64,000 nt of DNA from the human T2T-CHM13v2.0 reference genome, Homo sapiens. The notes below the pieces were generated by a model. It did no database searches and was not told the origin of the DNA. It worked only from the letters and a program-made list of their open reading frames with translations. Of this stretch, positions 15,101 to 28,160 are shown piece after piece (the first letter of the stretch is position 1; every line of letters begins with the position of its first letter). The stretch lies in assembly GCF_009914755.1 (NCBI RefSeq), contig NC_060926.1, one strand, 5' to 3'. The translations under genes and the position numbers were made by a program.

Positions 15101-16399
15101 TAATAAAGTAGTACATAGTAATACGTGTGTGTGTGTGTGTTTGTGCAATCAATTCTAGTTTAGTCCACAATTGAGGATAAGACCTTGGCACACACTTTAA
15201 TGAGATTCAGTTTTTTCCATATTTTTCAATAAACACATATTGAGTCCCTACTCTGCTGTACTAGGCATGTGCTGGAACACAGCCCTTGCCTTCCAAGTGC
15301 TCAGAGTGACCCAGGCATGGAAATTCATCACTCATGTGGTTGTCCTGTCTTGGAAGCAAGAACAGTATCTGGGAGGTTCTAAAAAGTTAGGGAGCCCTTC
15401 CCAGAGGAGAGGATACTTGAGCTGGTAGCAGTTTCCTGGAATCTGTCTTGGGCAGAGACATGGAGCGTCCTGGAATTAAGAGTCATTGGAAAAAAGCTGG
15501 AGCACTGGACTCAGATGGAGACTGGTGATAAGGCTTGGAAGACAGGCAGCAGGGAAGTTACAAAAGGCTTAGATGTGATGCTATGATGCTAGGACTGTAG
15601 TGTAAGCCACATGCCATCTGGATGTCTTGTTAAAATGCAGATCCTGACCACAGGTCTAAGATGGGGCCTGAGCTTCTGCACGTCCAACAAGCTCTCGGGA
15701 TATCCCATGCACTACACTCTGAGTAGCAAGAGTGAAGGTGCCCAGGCATGACTGAGAACTTTCCATAAGAGAGTGATCATAATTCCTTGAACCTATGTAT
15801 CTAGGAATTCTAGAAAGTGTAAGTGTATTGTCTAATTTGATTCATATAATGTGAATTATGTGTAATGTGATTTATATAGTTCATGATTTTTAGATGTAGA
15901 TCCTGCAGTCTAGGGAAGTTAAACAACTAGAGTTTTGTAGCTGAAAAGGGCTGCAGAAATTGAAGACAACCTCTCAATTTACAGGCAAGGAAACTCATCT
16001 GTCATCTTTGAGGTCGTTCCTGGTCTAAAAGCCCAAGTTTCTGTGATTCGAATGTGTTGCTCATAGTTTTCTAATTAAAGACAAAAGTTGAATGAAAATC
16101 TTCAGTCAGTCCTGGGAAAGGCCCTAGGCTTGCTTCCCTCTCTGGGCTAAACTCTGGAGGAGGGTGTGGGATTGTATCTCTGGATGATAGCATGGTAAAC
16201 ATGGAAACATAATGCTGGGGGTGATGCACTTGAACTTGGTGGACACCCTTGATTGGAAGTTCCCAGTTTTCAGGCTGCTGTCCACTCATTTTCTTTGCAA
16301 CCTGGACCAAATTGGTTCAACGATAGTGCGTCTTATTGTTTTCATCTGTAAAAATAGGGATAACAGCTCTGTCACTGCATGGTTGGGAGAATCAAATTG

Positions 16400-17500
16400 G
16401 CAGGTCTTCATAAATGTATTGTTCATCTACCATGAACCAGACACTATGCCAAGCACTGCAGACGCAGACATAGACATAGACATAGGATAGATCCAGCCTC
16501 GAACCCCATGGAGCTCACATGGCGGTGCAAAGACTGACATCCAAGACACAAGTTCTGGCTAATTATGTCCAAGTACACAGAATACAGCCAAGAAGTATGA
16601 GGGCAATAAGGATCTATAACAGGAAGGCCTAACAAGGAGGTCTCAGACACTTCTTCCAGGAAGAAGTGATCCTTCAGCAGAGAAGTGAAACATGAATAAC
16701 AGTTAACAAGGAGAGAAGAGAGACTAACTGGGTCAGAGCCCTGAGGCAGGAGTGAGTTGGCTGGCATCAGGAACCAAGAGAGGGTTGGGTGTGAGGAGCA
16801 GGTACAGCAAGGAAAGAAGGAAGTTCAAGGACAGACTGGAGGAATAAGCCTGGTTAGATCCTGTAGGACTTGTTGAGGATTCTGGACCTTATTCTAAGGT
16901 TAATAACAAGCCATCGAAAGGTTTTAAGCAAGGAGGTGATGTGAACTCTTCTGTGACTTAAAATAATCCTGGCTTGTATGGAGAATGGCTTGAGCAGGAG
17001 TGACAGGGAGACTTCTGCCTGGTGTAAGCAGGAGATGATGGTAGTAGCCCCAATCAGGGTTGTGGCAGTGGGAATGGTGAGAAAGGGACAGATTTGGGAG
17101 GTATAACTGGCAAGCTTAGGGATCGATTGGATGTGGGGGTGAGAGGGGAAGAAGTAAAACAGGACGACTTGCAGGTTCCCAGCTAGAAAACCTCAATGCA
17201 TGGCATTGGAGGTTATTATGATTGGGAGTAGTGCAGAGAGGGCAGCTTTGGGTGGGTAGCTGATCATTAATTCAGTTTGGACATGTCCCATTGTAGGTAT
17301 AGATAAGCTCTCCAAGCTGTGATGTTGAGTAAGTAGTTGGCTGCAGGGTTCTGGCCATAGTTGTCTACTGATGCTGGTGACATCGATTTGGGAATTGTAT
17401 ATCCCTAGAGATGATATTTCAAATCAGAGTGACGGAGGAGGTACCCCAGGGAGAGGGAAAAAGAAGGGAGGTAGAGAGCTGAGGGCAGCTCCTGGAGGTG
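16400..17500 (-). mobile_element. L2 LINE fragment
   Basis: L2 3' end (cataaatgtattg...ccagacactatgccaagcactg) plus typical aagccatcgaaaggttttaagcaagg and attggatgtgggggtgagagg. Confidence 0.7.
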
Positions 17501-18164
17501 CTCTGCCATTTGGCGATTATCAAGTGAGATAACAGATGAAGAATAGCTTTAAAAATTAAAGCAGGATGTTCTCATTGTTGCGCTGTACTGTGCTTACTAC
17601 GTACAACAATGTGCATCTCCGACATTTACTGCTGCACTTGGATGGGAGAGATTATATTTAATGTTCACAAATTTGCAAGACTATTTCCTCCAAGTTATTT
17701 TCACCCCTATTAAAAGAAAAGCCCACCAGGAGGGATTTATTCTTATCATGTTGTGCAACAGCAATTTCATTTTCAAATCATTAACAGGAAGGCATCCTCA
17801 TCTGATCATTCTTGCCTCAAAACCCTATCTTAGAAGCCTGATACCATCTCAACCTTCCTGAGAGCTTTACTGATTTCTGTTGAGACCCTCAGCTCTAATT
17901 CAAACACAGTGTGAGCCTGGCTCCTGTGTGCACCTCTCTTAGTATCTCTCCCGTCAGTTGATTTTGTTTTTCTGCCTCTGGTCCTGGCATTTGGCTGCAG
18001 ATTATTCCAAGAATTTCATTGCTAACTTACATGAGATGAACAGATAATAAGAAATGGAATTTATTTTCTAATTTATTTTGAAACTGAATTCCAGATTCTG
18101 TTTATGGGGAGGGGCGGAGTCAGCCTATGATGAGTGAGAACAGTCTTTGACTCAATTTAAATGA

Positions 18165-18477
<313 letters not shown>

Positions 18478-19695
18478 AAATGAATTTTCATGGGCAAGTT
18501 TCCTTCCCCAGGACTGTTTCCAGGCCTGGCAGTGGGGGTGGGGTGGAAGTTCTTGCTTTCCATAAAGTAAATCCAATCAAAAGCAGACATTCTGCAGGAG
18601 TCTAGCTTGCCAGACTCCTATTCAAAGCTAGTTTGCTTCTTTTTAGCTTCTCTCTTAGCAACAGAAAAGTTTATTGTGTTTCCCTTACAAGTAAAAAGGC
18701 CCTTCCTTGTCACAGAGAGGCATCAGAGAGGATCTTTATTTCTTGCCAGCTGACATTGTGTTCTTCACCATGACACCCACAGGAAGAAATTCATTCCTGA
18801 ACTTGTGGCCATTTCAATTGAATTACCTTAATTTGCATTTGCGACTCAGAAAGCATTGGACTTTTGATCTCCTGAGGTATGCTTTCCAGACAAAGCAGCT
18901 GGCTGGGGCTGTGTGTTTCGGTGCATGAACTCTGGACCAGGCTGCCTGGTCAAACTTCTGGCCCTGACACTTTCCTGCTGTGTGAGTTTGGACAGGTCAC
19001 CTAACCTATCCATGCCTCCACTTTTCTATTTGTATAAGCATTGAAATTCAGCAGTGGCCACCTCATGGAGCTTATTGTAAGGTTTAAATAAGCAAGTGCA
19101 AGTTAAGTACTCAGAAGAGTGTCTGTCATACATGTACTATATTAATTTTAGCTGAGTATTACCTCTCTTCTGGGGCAGATGATTGGATTGTCTAATAAGG
19201 AGTATGAGCTGCCATTGATCACTGCTGCTATGCTGAGTGCCTGACATATGATAATGAGGTGGATACTATTATTTTATCAGTTTCACAGAGATATAGGTCC
19301 ATGGTCACACAGTTAATAAGTAGTGGGGCTGAGATTCAAACCCAGGTCTATTTTGACTCCAAATCCTAGTCCTCACCTCCCCACTGCTGCCTCCACTGTA
19401 CACTTTGCCTGAAGAATGGGGGGTAAAGAGGGTAAAGAAGCAAGGTCAAGGTCATGTGGAAAGGTATTTTTGGCCAATTAACCAGATGACCAGGCAGTTC
19501 TAGAGCATCCCTGCCCCTTGTCATTTCACCTGGACGGGAAGCATGTGAGCACAGGGAGTTGGGGAAAGGCTCAGAGCTCTAGTCCTTGGGGGATTTGCAA
19601 TTTTTCCCTCTTGTTGTAATCCTACCTTCTATCAATTTCCCCCTTTATTATATCCTCTACTTTTTTTCCACTCCTTATCTTTAAACTCCAAATAC

Positions 19696-19697
<2 letters not shown>

Positions 19698-19742
<45 letters not shown>
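19698..19742. repeat. (TG)n microsatellite
   Basis: Pure run of about 22 TG units. Confidence 0.97.
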
Positions 19743-19744
<2 letters not shown>

Positions 19745-19984
19745 GTAGGAGTTAAGGCCTTAGGGCAGAGTGGGAAGAGCTCCATTTCCAGGTAGTGGAA
19801 AAGAACTTTGGGCTGTTAAACAGGCTGTTAATCTGGTCCTTTCTCTGCTACTGAATAGAAGAATAACCCTGAGAAAGTCATTGACTCTTTCTGGGCCTTA
19901 TCCATGAGTTTGGGATTGAGGATTGGAAGGTATCTGACATCCTGTGGTTCTAGTCAGCCTTCTCCTAGATCTCTGACCTCTAGG

Positions 19985-20590
19985 AGTGGTCTTGGTGACA
20001 GTGATGATGGTGGTGGTGAGTACTGATGGTGGAGGAGGTGATGAGATAATGACGACAAAGGAAGTTGTTGGTAGAGGTGTTAATGATGGTGGTGGAGATA
20101 GAGGTGAATGCTTGGTGATTGTGACAGAGACAGAGGTGGAAGTCATGGTAGAGATGGTGGCAGTGGCTGTAGCAGTGATGTTGGTAGAGGTGGAGGTGAT
20201 GATGTTGGTGGGGGTGGTAGCGGCATTGGTGTTGGTATTGTTGGTGGTATAGGTGGAGGTGATAATAATGGTGGTGGTGTGGTAGCAGTGTTATTAGTGT
20301 TGGTAGAGGTGGAGGCAGTGGTGGAAACAGTGGAGTTGGTGTAGAGGTGGAGATGATGATGGTGGTGGAAGCAGTGTTGGTGTTGGTGGTAGGGGTGGAG
20401 GTGATGATGATGGTGGGGGTGGCAGTAGTAGCAGTGGTGTTGGTGTTCGTGGTGATGGAGGGTGATGATGATGGTGGCCATAGTAGGAGCAGTGGTATGG
20501 TGATAGAGGTGGAGGTAAGAAAGATGGTGGTAGTGGTGGTGGTACTGGTAGAGGTAGAGATGATTCTGGAGGTGAGATGGTCATAATTGA
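19985..20590. repeat. Degenerate (GGT/GAT/GTA)n low-complexity triplet repeat
   Basis: About 600 bp of ggtggt/gatgat/gtagaggtggag units. Confidence 0.9.
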
Positions 20591-21609
20591 CAGTGGTCCT
20601 TTTCTGACAGCAGTCACTGTGGTCAGCACTATCCCTTCAGTGTCTCCTTTGATCCTCCTGGCAGCTAGTGTTATCTCCATTTGCAGATCAGAAGCCCGAG
20701 GAGCCTGAACTTTAGAGAGTAAGGCTGAGCATCTTGGTGCTGGGTGGAACTGTTCCAGTCAGGTAGAGGCAAAGCCGGAGGTGTCCAAGGAATCCTTTGT
20801 TGGGAAATCTGTGATAGGCATAAGGAGGGAGGGGAGTCAATACTGGCCATATTCATGTTTTGTCCTTCCCAAATCCTTTCCTGTGACAACCCAGTTGTGC
20901 CCAGATGGAAATTGAGGGTTATAATTGTCAGATTTTATTCCCTGAGGCCACACAGCATAGAGTGTCAAAATGGCCTCCATGCTTCTGCACACGTCCTCTA
21001 AGTACTTTATTATTTGTCTACAAATTTCCTTCTTTGGCAGCAGACCCCAGCCTTATGCTCTAGGTCCTGGCCTGCAGCTTCTCTGACAAAGGCTTGTATT
21101 GTCCATGGAGGGGAAGGGCCCCCCTCAGGTGAATTATTTTGGCATAAGTGAATGTCCTCTGATATGTCTTTGGTAAACAGGGTTTTCTGTGTCCTGTTAT
21201 ACCCATTGACTTGCATATGTACTCTGTTTGTACCCCATAGGGCCATCACAGACAGAAACAGAAAAAGAAATGAGTTTTTAGTGTAGAGAACTCAGGGTTA
21301 ATCAGTAGCAAAGGGGGCTTCAGGTTAAAGCCACCTGCCTTGAAGGCAGTTGTCAGAATCCAAGACTCCTCAACCCCTGTCTAGTTCTCCTTTAGGGCTG
21401 AGGGTGCTGGTCTTGTTTGGATGAGAAAGTGATCCCTTCTCTCCATTCCCACTCTTTCTTTTTCTTCCTCTAAGTACAGAGATGGAAATGAGCCAGGCAC
21501 TAGGCCCCAAGCTTGGAGGGCTAATACTGACCTCTTTGACAGAGAAGCTGGCTTCAAATGGATTCCATAGAGGTTCACCAGAGCCCCTCACCTGGAACTC
21601 TCTTTCCCT

Positions 21610-21990
21610 CCTGCAAACATTTATTGAGCAGCTACTATATAAACGTTTTCTGTTACACATTGAGAATACAACAGTGAAGATGGAGCATGTTGCCCTCCTT
21701 GAATTTCTAGTCTAGTTTATACTGCAGTGTTATGATGATGTGAGTAGGAATGAACATTCTTGGTGAACTCATAGAAGGGAACTTGATGTAGACTTGTGAA
21801 GTCAAGGAAGGCTCCCTGGAAGGAGTGACATTTAAGCAGAAACTTCTGGACTAAGATCTGGACTAAGTGTGGGCAATTGGTGTGAGAGGAATAGGGAGGA
21901 AGGAAGAGAGAAGGAGGAAAAGCAGGGGATGAGGAGGGTGTGGTCTCAGCAAAAAAGCAGCGTGTGCAGAGGCATGGAGGCTAAAGAAAA
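21610..21990 (-). mobile_element. L2 fragment
   Basis: caaacatttattgagcagctactat and gtcaaggaaggctccctggaaggagtgacatttaagc. Confidence 0.6.
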
Positions 21991-22049
21991 GAGATGGGGG
22001 AGGGGGCCTAGCAGGTCATGGGGCCTGGGGCATAGAAGAGTGCCATCCT

Positions 22050-22430
22050 ATGCTGTGAACTGAACTGTGTCCCTCTCAAGTCATACATTGAAGCCCTAAC
22101 CCCAAATCTGACTGTATTTGGGGATCGGGCTTTTAGGAGCTGTTTAAGTTTAGTTGAGGTCATAAGGGTGGGACTCTGAATAGGACGAGTGAACATAAAA
22201 GAAGAGGAAGAGAGCTTCTCCCCACCTCTATACCCTTACTTCTGCCATGTCGGAGAATGCAGAGAGATGGTGGCTATCTGCAAGCCAGGAAGCGAGCCCT
22301 CACCCAGCACCAAATCGGCTGGCACGTTGATCTGGGACTTCCCAGCCTCTGGAACTAGGAGGAATAAATTTCTGTTGTTTATGCCATTCAGTCTGTGGTA
22401 TTTTGTTATGGCAGCCTGAGTTGATGAGTA
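22050..22430 (+). mobile_element. MLT1 (ERVL-MaLR) solo LTR
   Basis: ttgaagccctaacccc...ggacttcccagcctctggaact...aataaatttctgttgttt...gtggtattttgttatggcagcctgag. Confidence 0.85.
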
Positions 22431-24732
22431 CACCCCATATCTAGACAAGGGTAGACAGAAACTACTTTCTTGCCTTTAGTCCTTGTTGCTAATTCTATAG
22501 CAGTAACAAGAAGTGGTAGCTGGTGTCTGGTTTTACCTTTGGATAATATAGGTCAATATTATCTCCTAGCTCACACCTCATTCTCTCTTCTGGGACGGTT
22601 CAGCTGTAAAAAAGACTCCCATGGAGGAAGCTCTTAGCTCTGTGCTCCACCCATGCTGGGCCTCCCCAGGTTGGGTTGGAAGGCCAGGCCCTGGCTAGCC
22701 ACTCCTCTGCCTCAGTCACAGGCTTTGGGGGCTGGTCCTCCCAGGGTCTGGGAGCCCACTCAGGGATCTCAGGAAAGGAGACAGTGGGGAAGCAGGGTCT
22801 GTAGGCATGCTTGTTTGTCTCCACACTCCTGAAATGCCCATGCAGGAGAGACCTGGCTAAGTGCACTGGCTGGCTTCATCTGAGGGCTGCATGATTTTAC
22901 CAGACTCTAAAGGGAGCTGGGCCAGTGCAAACAGCACCTGCCTGGGAAGCCCCACGTTTGGACTCATGGGCTGTGTAAATTTGGGCACCTCCTTCCACTT
23001 CTCTGGGGATTCTGCTAGCTCATCAGTAGACTAAACTCTGAGGTCTTTTCAGTGCCAGCATTCTAGAGTTTTAATTCTCTACTATTTATAGGGAGCTGAA
23101 TTGTATTAACAGTGCAGCCTTTCAGCTGTTAATCAGTGTTTATAAGTGGCATGGCTAGAGCCCGTGTGGTATGCATCGACTTGCTGTTTTGGTTGCCCCA
23201 GCTGCAAGCTTCTTCATTATATGCTCTGCAGCTTCCCCGGTGGGCTTGGAGGACATCATGCTCCTCATTACCACCACCCACTCCTGTGCTGTGTGTTACT
23301 AGAGAAGTAGCATTTGGCTTCATCTGCCAGGCTGAGAGATAGCTACAGGTTTATGTAGCTGCACCACATTTTAGGACTTACTATCAGTGGATTGAGAATA
23401 GATTGCATAGAAAGCCACACAGCTACTTACAGTTGAGATCTACATAGAAAAATATTTATTTAGCAGATTCCAGTTGATCATTTATCATGCATCATAAAGG
23501 TACAGGAGCACTAAACCACAATGATGACCCTAAACTCCATTTACTTTGAGTGCAAGTGTCTGTCCTACAGCTTCCAGACAGGAGGGTCTATTTTAGAAAT
23601 ATGTGTTTGTTATGGTAGTGATTGATAGTTTTTCTTCTTGTACTGAAGCTTGTACAGCAGAATGAAATAGCTGTAATGCTTAGCAAATTGCAGCCCATTT
23701 GGAATCTGGCTTCTGTGGCACATTTCAGAGGCCTCTGGCCTCAACGTGGTGGATGGAGTTGCACTGGGGAGAGAGTTCTTTCCTGGGCTCCATCAAACAG
23801 CTGGAACAAGGATGAGACATCAAACCGTCTGTCTTCATGGACAGAGGCAGCCATCTGTGGCATTTACATCATTTTGAAGTTGTGGCCTGCGCCTTTCTGA
23901 AAACCAAATCCCAACAGTTCTTCTGTCTTCTAAAAGAAATTCCTCAGTAGGAAAAAGGGCAAGAAGGAAGATCTGCATAAACGAAGACCTCCAAGCTGCA
24001 GGTCACTAGAAAAGTGATTGCAAAGTTTCCAAGAAAGTCCTAGCTTGGACTTAGACCTTGTCAGAGGACATGGTACCTGGATTTAGCTCTCAGGGAAGGT
24101 GCAGTCAGTCCATGGTCAACTGCATCCCATCCATGCCGCTCCCAATGCCTCTCTGCCTTCCGTTGACAAACTCAGCAATGGGCGGAGATTGCCCTCTCTG
24201 CCACCTCCCTGTTAGCTATTAAGGAACTGGCTTGAAGCTGACCCAATTGCCTTCTCAAGATGATCCGAATAAATAATGGGAAGGGAGAGGTGTGGGCTGG
24301 GAATGGTTGCACATGGCTTGATTTGTGGTGATCTTGAATAAAGATGGGTAGGGAGCAAGAGGGAAAAATAGAAGAGAAAAGAGATGTGATTGCTTTACAT
24401 ACTGGAGAAACATGTACAGAAAGAGGAGAAATGGAAGCAAAAAAGGAAAGGTGGGGAAAAATAAGAGGAAAGGGGAGGGAAAAAGAGACAGAGGGAGAAA
24501 GGATAGGAGAAGAAAGAAGACAGGATGAGGAAGAGCTGTGTGTGGAAATAAGTGGGACTGGCAGGACGGTTGTCTAGGAGTGGAACCAGAGGGAGGGAGT
24601 TTGGAGCTACCGTCTGCTTTGACTGTAGACACTGATGAAAATGTGATGCTTTAAAGGCTTCAGTGACAGTGCTAGGGTCCCTACAAGTGCCCACTGAGCC
24701 AGGGGCTCCACCTCAATTTATGCTTCTCTTAG

Positions 24733-24915
24733 ACCAGTGTTCTCCAACTTGTGTGAGCAGCAGAGTCAACAGAGGGCTTGTTAACCCCAGATTGTGGGCC
24801 ACACCCTCAGAGTCTCTGATTCAGGAGATCTGGGTTGGAGCCTAAGAATTTGCATGTCTAAGAAGTTCCCAGGTGGCGCTGATGCTGCTGTTCCAGGGAA
24901 CACTCCTTTGAGAAT
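24733..24915. mobile_element. MER5A (hAT-Charlie) DNA transposon fossil
   Basis: cagtgttctccaactt...ctgattcaggagatctggg...aagaatttgcatgtctaagaagttcccaggtggcgctgatgctgctg...tttgagaa. Confidence 0.75.
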
Positions 24916-27855
24916 TCTGTCTCAGCCGTTAAAGACTAAACCAAGGTTGGTGCTGATTTGGACGCCTCGGGTCAGACAAGGTCAGTGAGTGAGATCAACA
25001 TCTCAGCTGACTTGCAGAAGCAGATTGCAAACACTAACATATAAATTGAGAAAGTGCTAAAATCTTTTATTGGATGTATTTGTCTCTTTCTGGCTCTTCA
25101 TTCAACTAACCATATGCTTACTTTCCACTGGCAATTGCTATTTAAATGTCAGTTGACAAGCAGATGCTTCTCACCCTACTACATGCAAGTTAATTTATTG
25201 TCCACAAAGCCTGATGGAGTGCTCTCTAACCATGCTGGTTTCCCACTGTCCCCACCCACCCTTTTGTTGCAACCACGCTGAGCCTTGCAGCTCACAGAAG
25301 GTAAGTTGCCTTTGTGTTTCTCCATCCCCTGCTCATGCCCTGTCTCTGCTGGTGCTGCCCTTTTCCAGGCTGACTCTTACTCTCCTTAACTTTCTGTGTG
25401 AATGTTCTTGCCTGTGGGAATGTTTATCCAGCTCTTGTTGCTGCAGTGTTGTTCGGCTCAGACCATTCTCCTAGCCCTTAGAAAACCAGGCTGGGGCCAC
25501 CTTGTACAGCTCAGCTTTGTATCATCAGTCCCTAGGACAGGATCCTTAATAGGCCCCAGCCATCAAGAAGCAATTGCCAAGTAAATAAGCAAAGTACAGA
25601 GAACTTGAATGGGGGGATAAAAGAGGGATAAGGGCTGGGGGCTGGTGGGGAGGTGGAGATGTCTAACCCTTGCTCACTATGGTCAGGATTAGAGAGAAAT
25701 TGAAAAATAGAGACAGGAACAGGCAGGAGGAGGACAGAGCAGACATAATAATCACAGAAATCCTAAATCATCATCAACATACCCCTGCACCCTCAAGGCT
25801 TCAATGATTCCATAAAATGGGACTCCAACAGTAAGTAGAAAAGCTAATATTGGGAATTTATTTAAATTACACAAAATATCTTTGCTTGGGAGGTGATCAA
25901 CTTTCCAGATATTTTGTGCTTAATACAAGCTAAGTATCCATTTTTAGTAGGTACTTATGTAAGATGGATGGACGGATGAATGGGTAGAAGAGAGATGATA
26001 GATAGACAGATGGAGTCATTGTAGGCTAGGTCACCAAGTCATGACCTGAAGTAATATTTTGTTTTAATCTTCTTTGGCTCCCTTGGGCTGGGACTTTACC
26101 TTCCTTTGAGCAGGAAACGTTCTCCAGAGTTTTGCCAAATGCCTGTTCTTGGAGGACCCGCTTCTAAAACTGAAGCAAGACAGTGCATAGGAAAGGTGTT
26201 GTATAGACATGCCACTTGCTGCATCCCATGCTGTCAATGGTCAGCACTTGAGTCTAAAGCTGGAAAAAAACCCTAAAATTACAGTTAAAAAAAAATAATG
26301 GGCTTGCTTGGCAATCGAGGGTAGAATCAATCCAGTGTTCTAAGTAGTATGACCACCCTGGCCCCAGGAGATCTTGGGCAAATCACTTAACCTCAGTTTG
26401 CTCATGTGTAAGACAAGGGAGTTACAAGGCTGGTCTCAAGGTCTCCTCTTGATCTCCTGATCTCTAATGACTCTAAGATGGAATTCTGGGGAACACACTA
26501 GTAGTTACTTTGACTTTAAAGGTTAGAGGGGAGAAAATAGAGCATGGTGTCAGATACATCAATGCCACCATGTCCCAGCCTGCAGAGCTTAATGCACTTA
26601 AGATGAAACCAAGCAGGCTGCCTCTAATGCTGTTGAAATGTCAGGCTTCAGTGCAGGGTGTTGTTAGACATCTGCATTTCTTCTGTTTTTTAAACAACAT
26701 GACTCTGCCAAGAATGAATCTGTGTCATCATCTAATGGCTCTTGTCATTTTAGTGTAGTGATCAAGGAGGAAAAATGAAAGTACTTTATGTGGAAAACCA
26801 GATAAGAAGGTATTTCATAGCCCAGAGTGCAAGGCTGTCTGGAGTATAATACAGATCTATCAGTAATTCAGTTAAAACAGTTTACCTGCTTTACATGAGT
26901 GGGTTCAGTTCATTGATCTTCATTCAAGTTCACACTAAAGTTATTTAACTGTGGGCTGCACATTACACCACACAGACCAAAGAATTATAGATTTTTTCCA
27001 GATGTGATATACAAATCCAAATTGTGATTGCAGCCAAACATGCATTTAGTCAAATCTTTAATACACTCTATTAGGGCGTGAATAAGACTTTAAAGCTTTG
27101 TCTTAGCCACAGGGTAGCTGGGCTAGAGTAGAGCCAATCGCAAACAGCCAGAATAGAAAGTTACCTTGGGATGCAGTATTTATTCTCAACGGTGTATCAT
27201 CTAGAACAACAAACTTTTTTTAATGTAAAAATGAGCAATTACTTGTCATTATAAAATGACAAATTTTACAAGGGGTCAAATTTGGTTTTCTTCCCCTGAG
27301 AGGCTCACCTCCATTACCGTGCTCACTGGTACATGTCTCATGTTTGTCATTGGCTGTACCTGTATGCCTAATGCTCCATTTTCCTAGAGCAAAACTATCT
27401 TTCAAAACACAGGAAGAAAAGCGCCAGCCATTTTCCCCACCTCCAGTTGAGGCAGGGGAAGTTTATCCCAACAGCCCTGCCAAGTAGTTGGCATGATCTG
27501 CATTATTCTAGGATAGCTAGGCAAAGTTTAGAATGAGAAATGCAAAATACATCCTTGTGTTTTCAGGATTATATAAGTTTTAAATGATTTAGAGTTCCCT
27601 TATATGGAAGGCTTTCTAGGAAAAGACTGGCTAACCCTGTTCCTCGCTATAGCTGAGAATGCATACTCAGAGATTTAATTCAGCATTGGTTGCATTGTAG
27701 TGTAACAAATACAGGCTATGTGGGAGGTTCCTTGGGGCTTCCTTGGTTTGATATAACTCTCTGGAATGTGGTTGTTAAAGGGACAGTTGGGGGAATGGGA
27801 AGAGGGGGAGCCTTGCTGCTCTGGGGAGGGGCTAGGAAGGATTCTTTTAGTGGGT

Positions 27856-28160
27856 GCTGTCCAATACTGTAGACACTAGCCACATGTGTCTCTTCCCAAC
27901 TGAGGCATACTGTAAGAGTAAAACCTATACTGGGTTTCAATGACTTAGTATTAAAAAATGTAAGACATTTCATCAATAATTTTTATATTGATTGCATGTT
28001 GAAATTACATGTGAAATAATTATTTTGGGAGTGTATCGGATTAAACAGCAGTATTAAAATTGTTTTCACCCATCTCTTTTTCTCTTTGAATGTGGCTGCT
28101 AGAAAATTTAAAACTACATATATGGCTCACATTCTGTATTTCCAGTGAACAGCACTGTGC
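27856..28160. mobile_element. MER3/MER33-type hAT fossil
   Basis: gctgtccaata...cactagccacatgtg...aatgtggctgctagaaaatttaaaactacatatatggctcacatt...gaacagcactg. Confidence 0.65.

Noticed and set aside
19898-20680. His/Pro/Thr-rich and Val/Gly-rich ORFs
   Set aside because: Translations of a low-complexity GGT triplet repeat that is open in several frames. No exon context.
24330-24545. Purine-rich tract and Phe/Leu-rich ORF
   Set aside because: Irregular low-complexity GA sequence with no clear mirror symmetry for H-DNA. Not coding.
25285-25306. Possible 10-nt micro-exon ttgcAG|ctcacagaag|GTAAGT in the GPR39 intron
   Set aside because: The donor is perfect, but such sites occur by chance in 30 kb. 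It would frameshift and has no other support.
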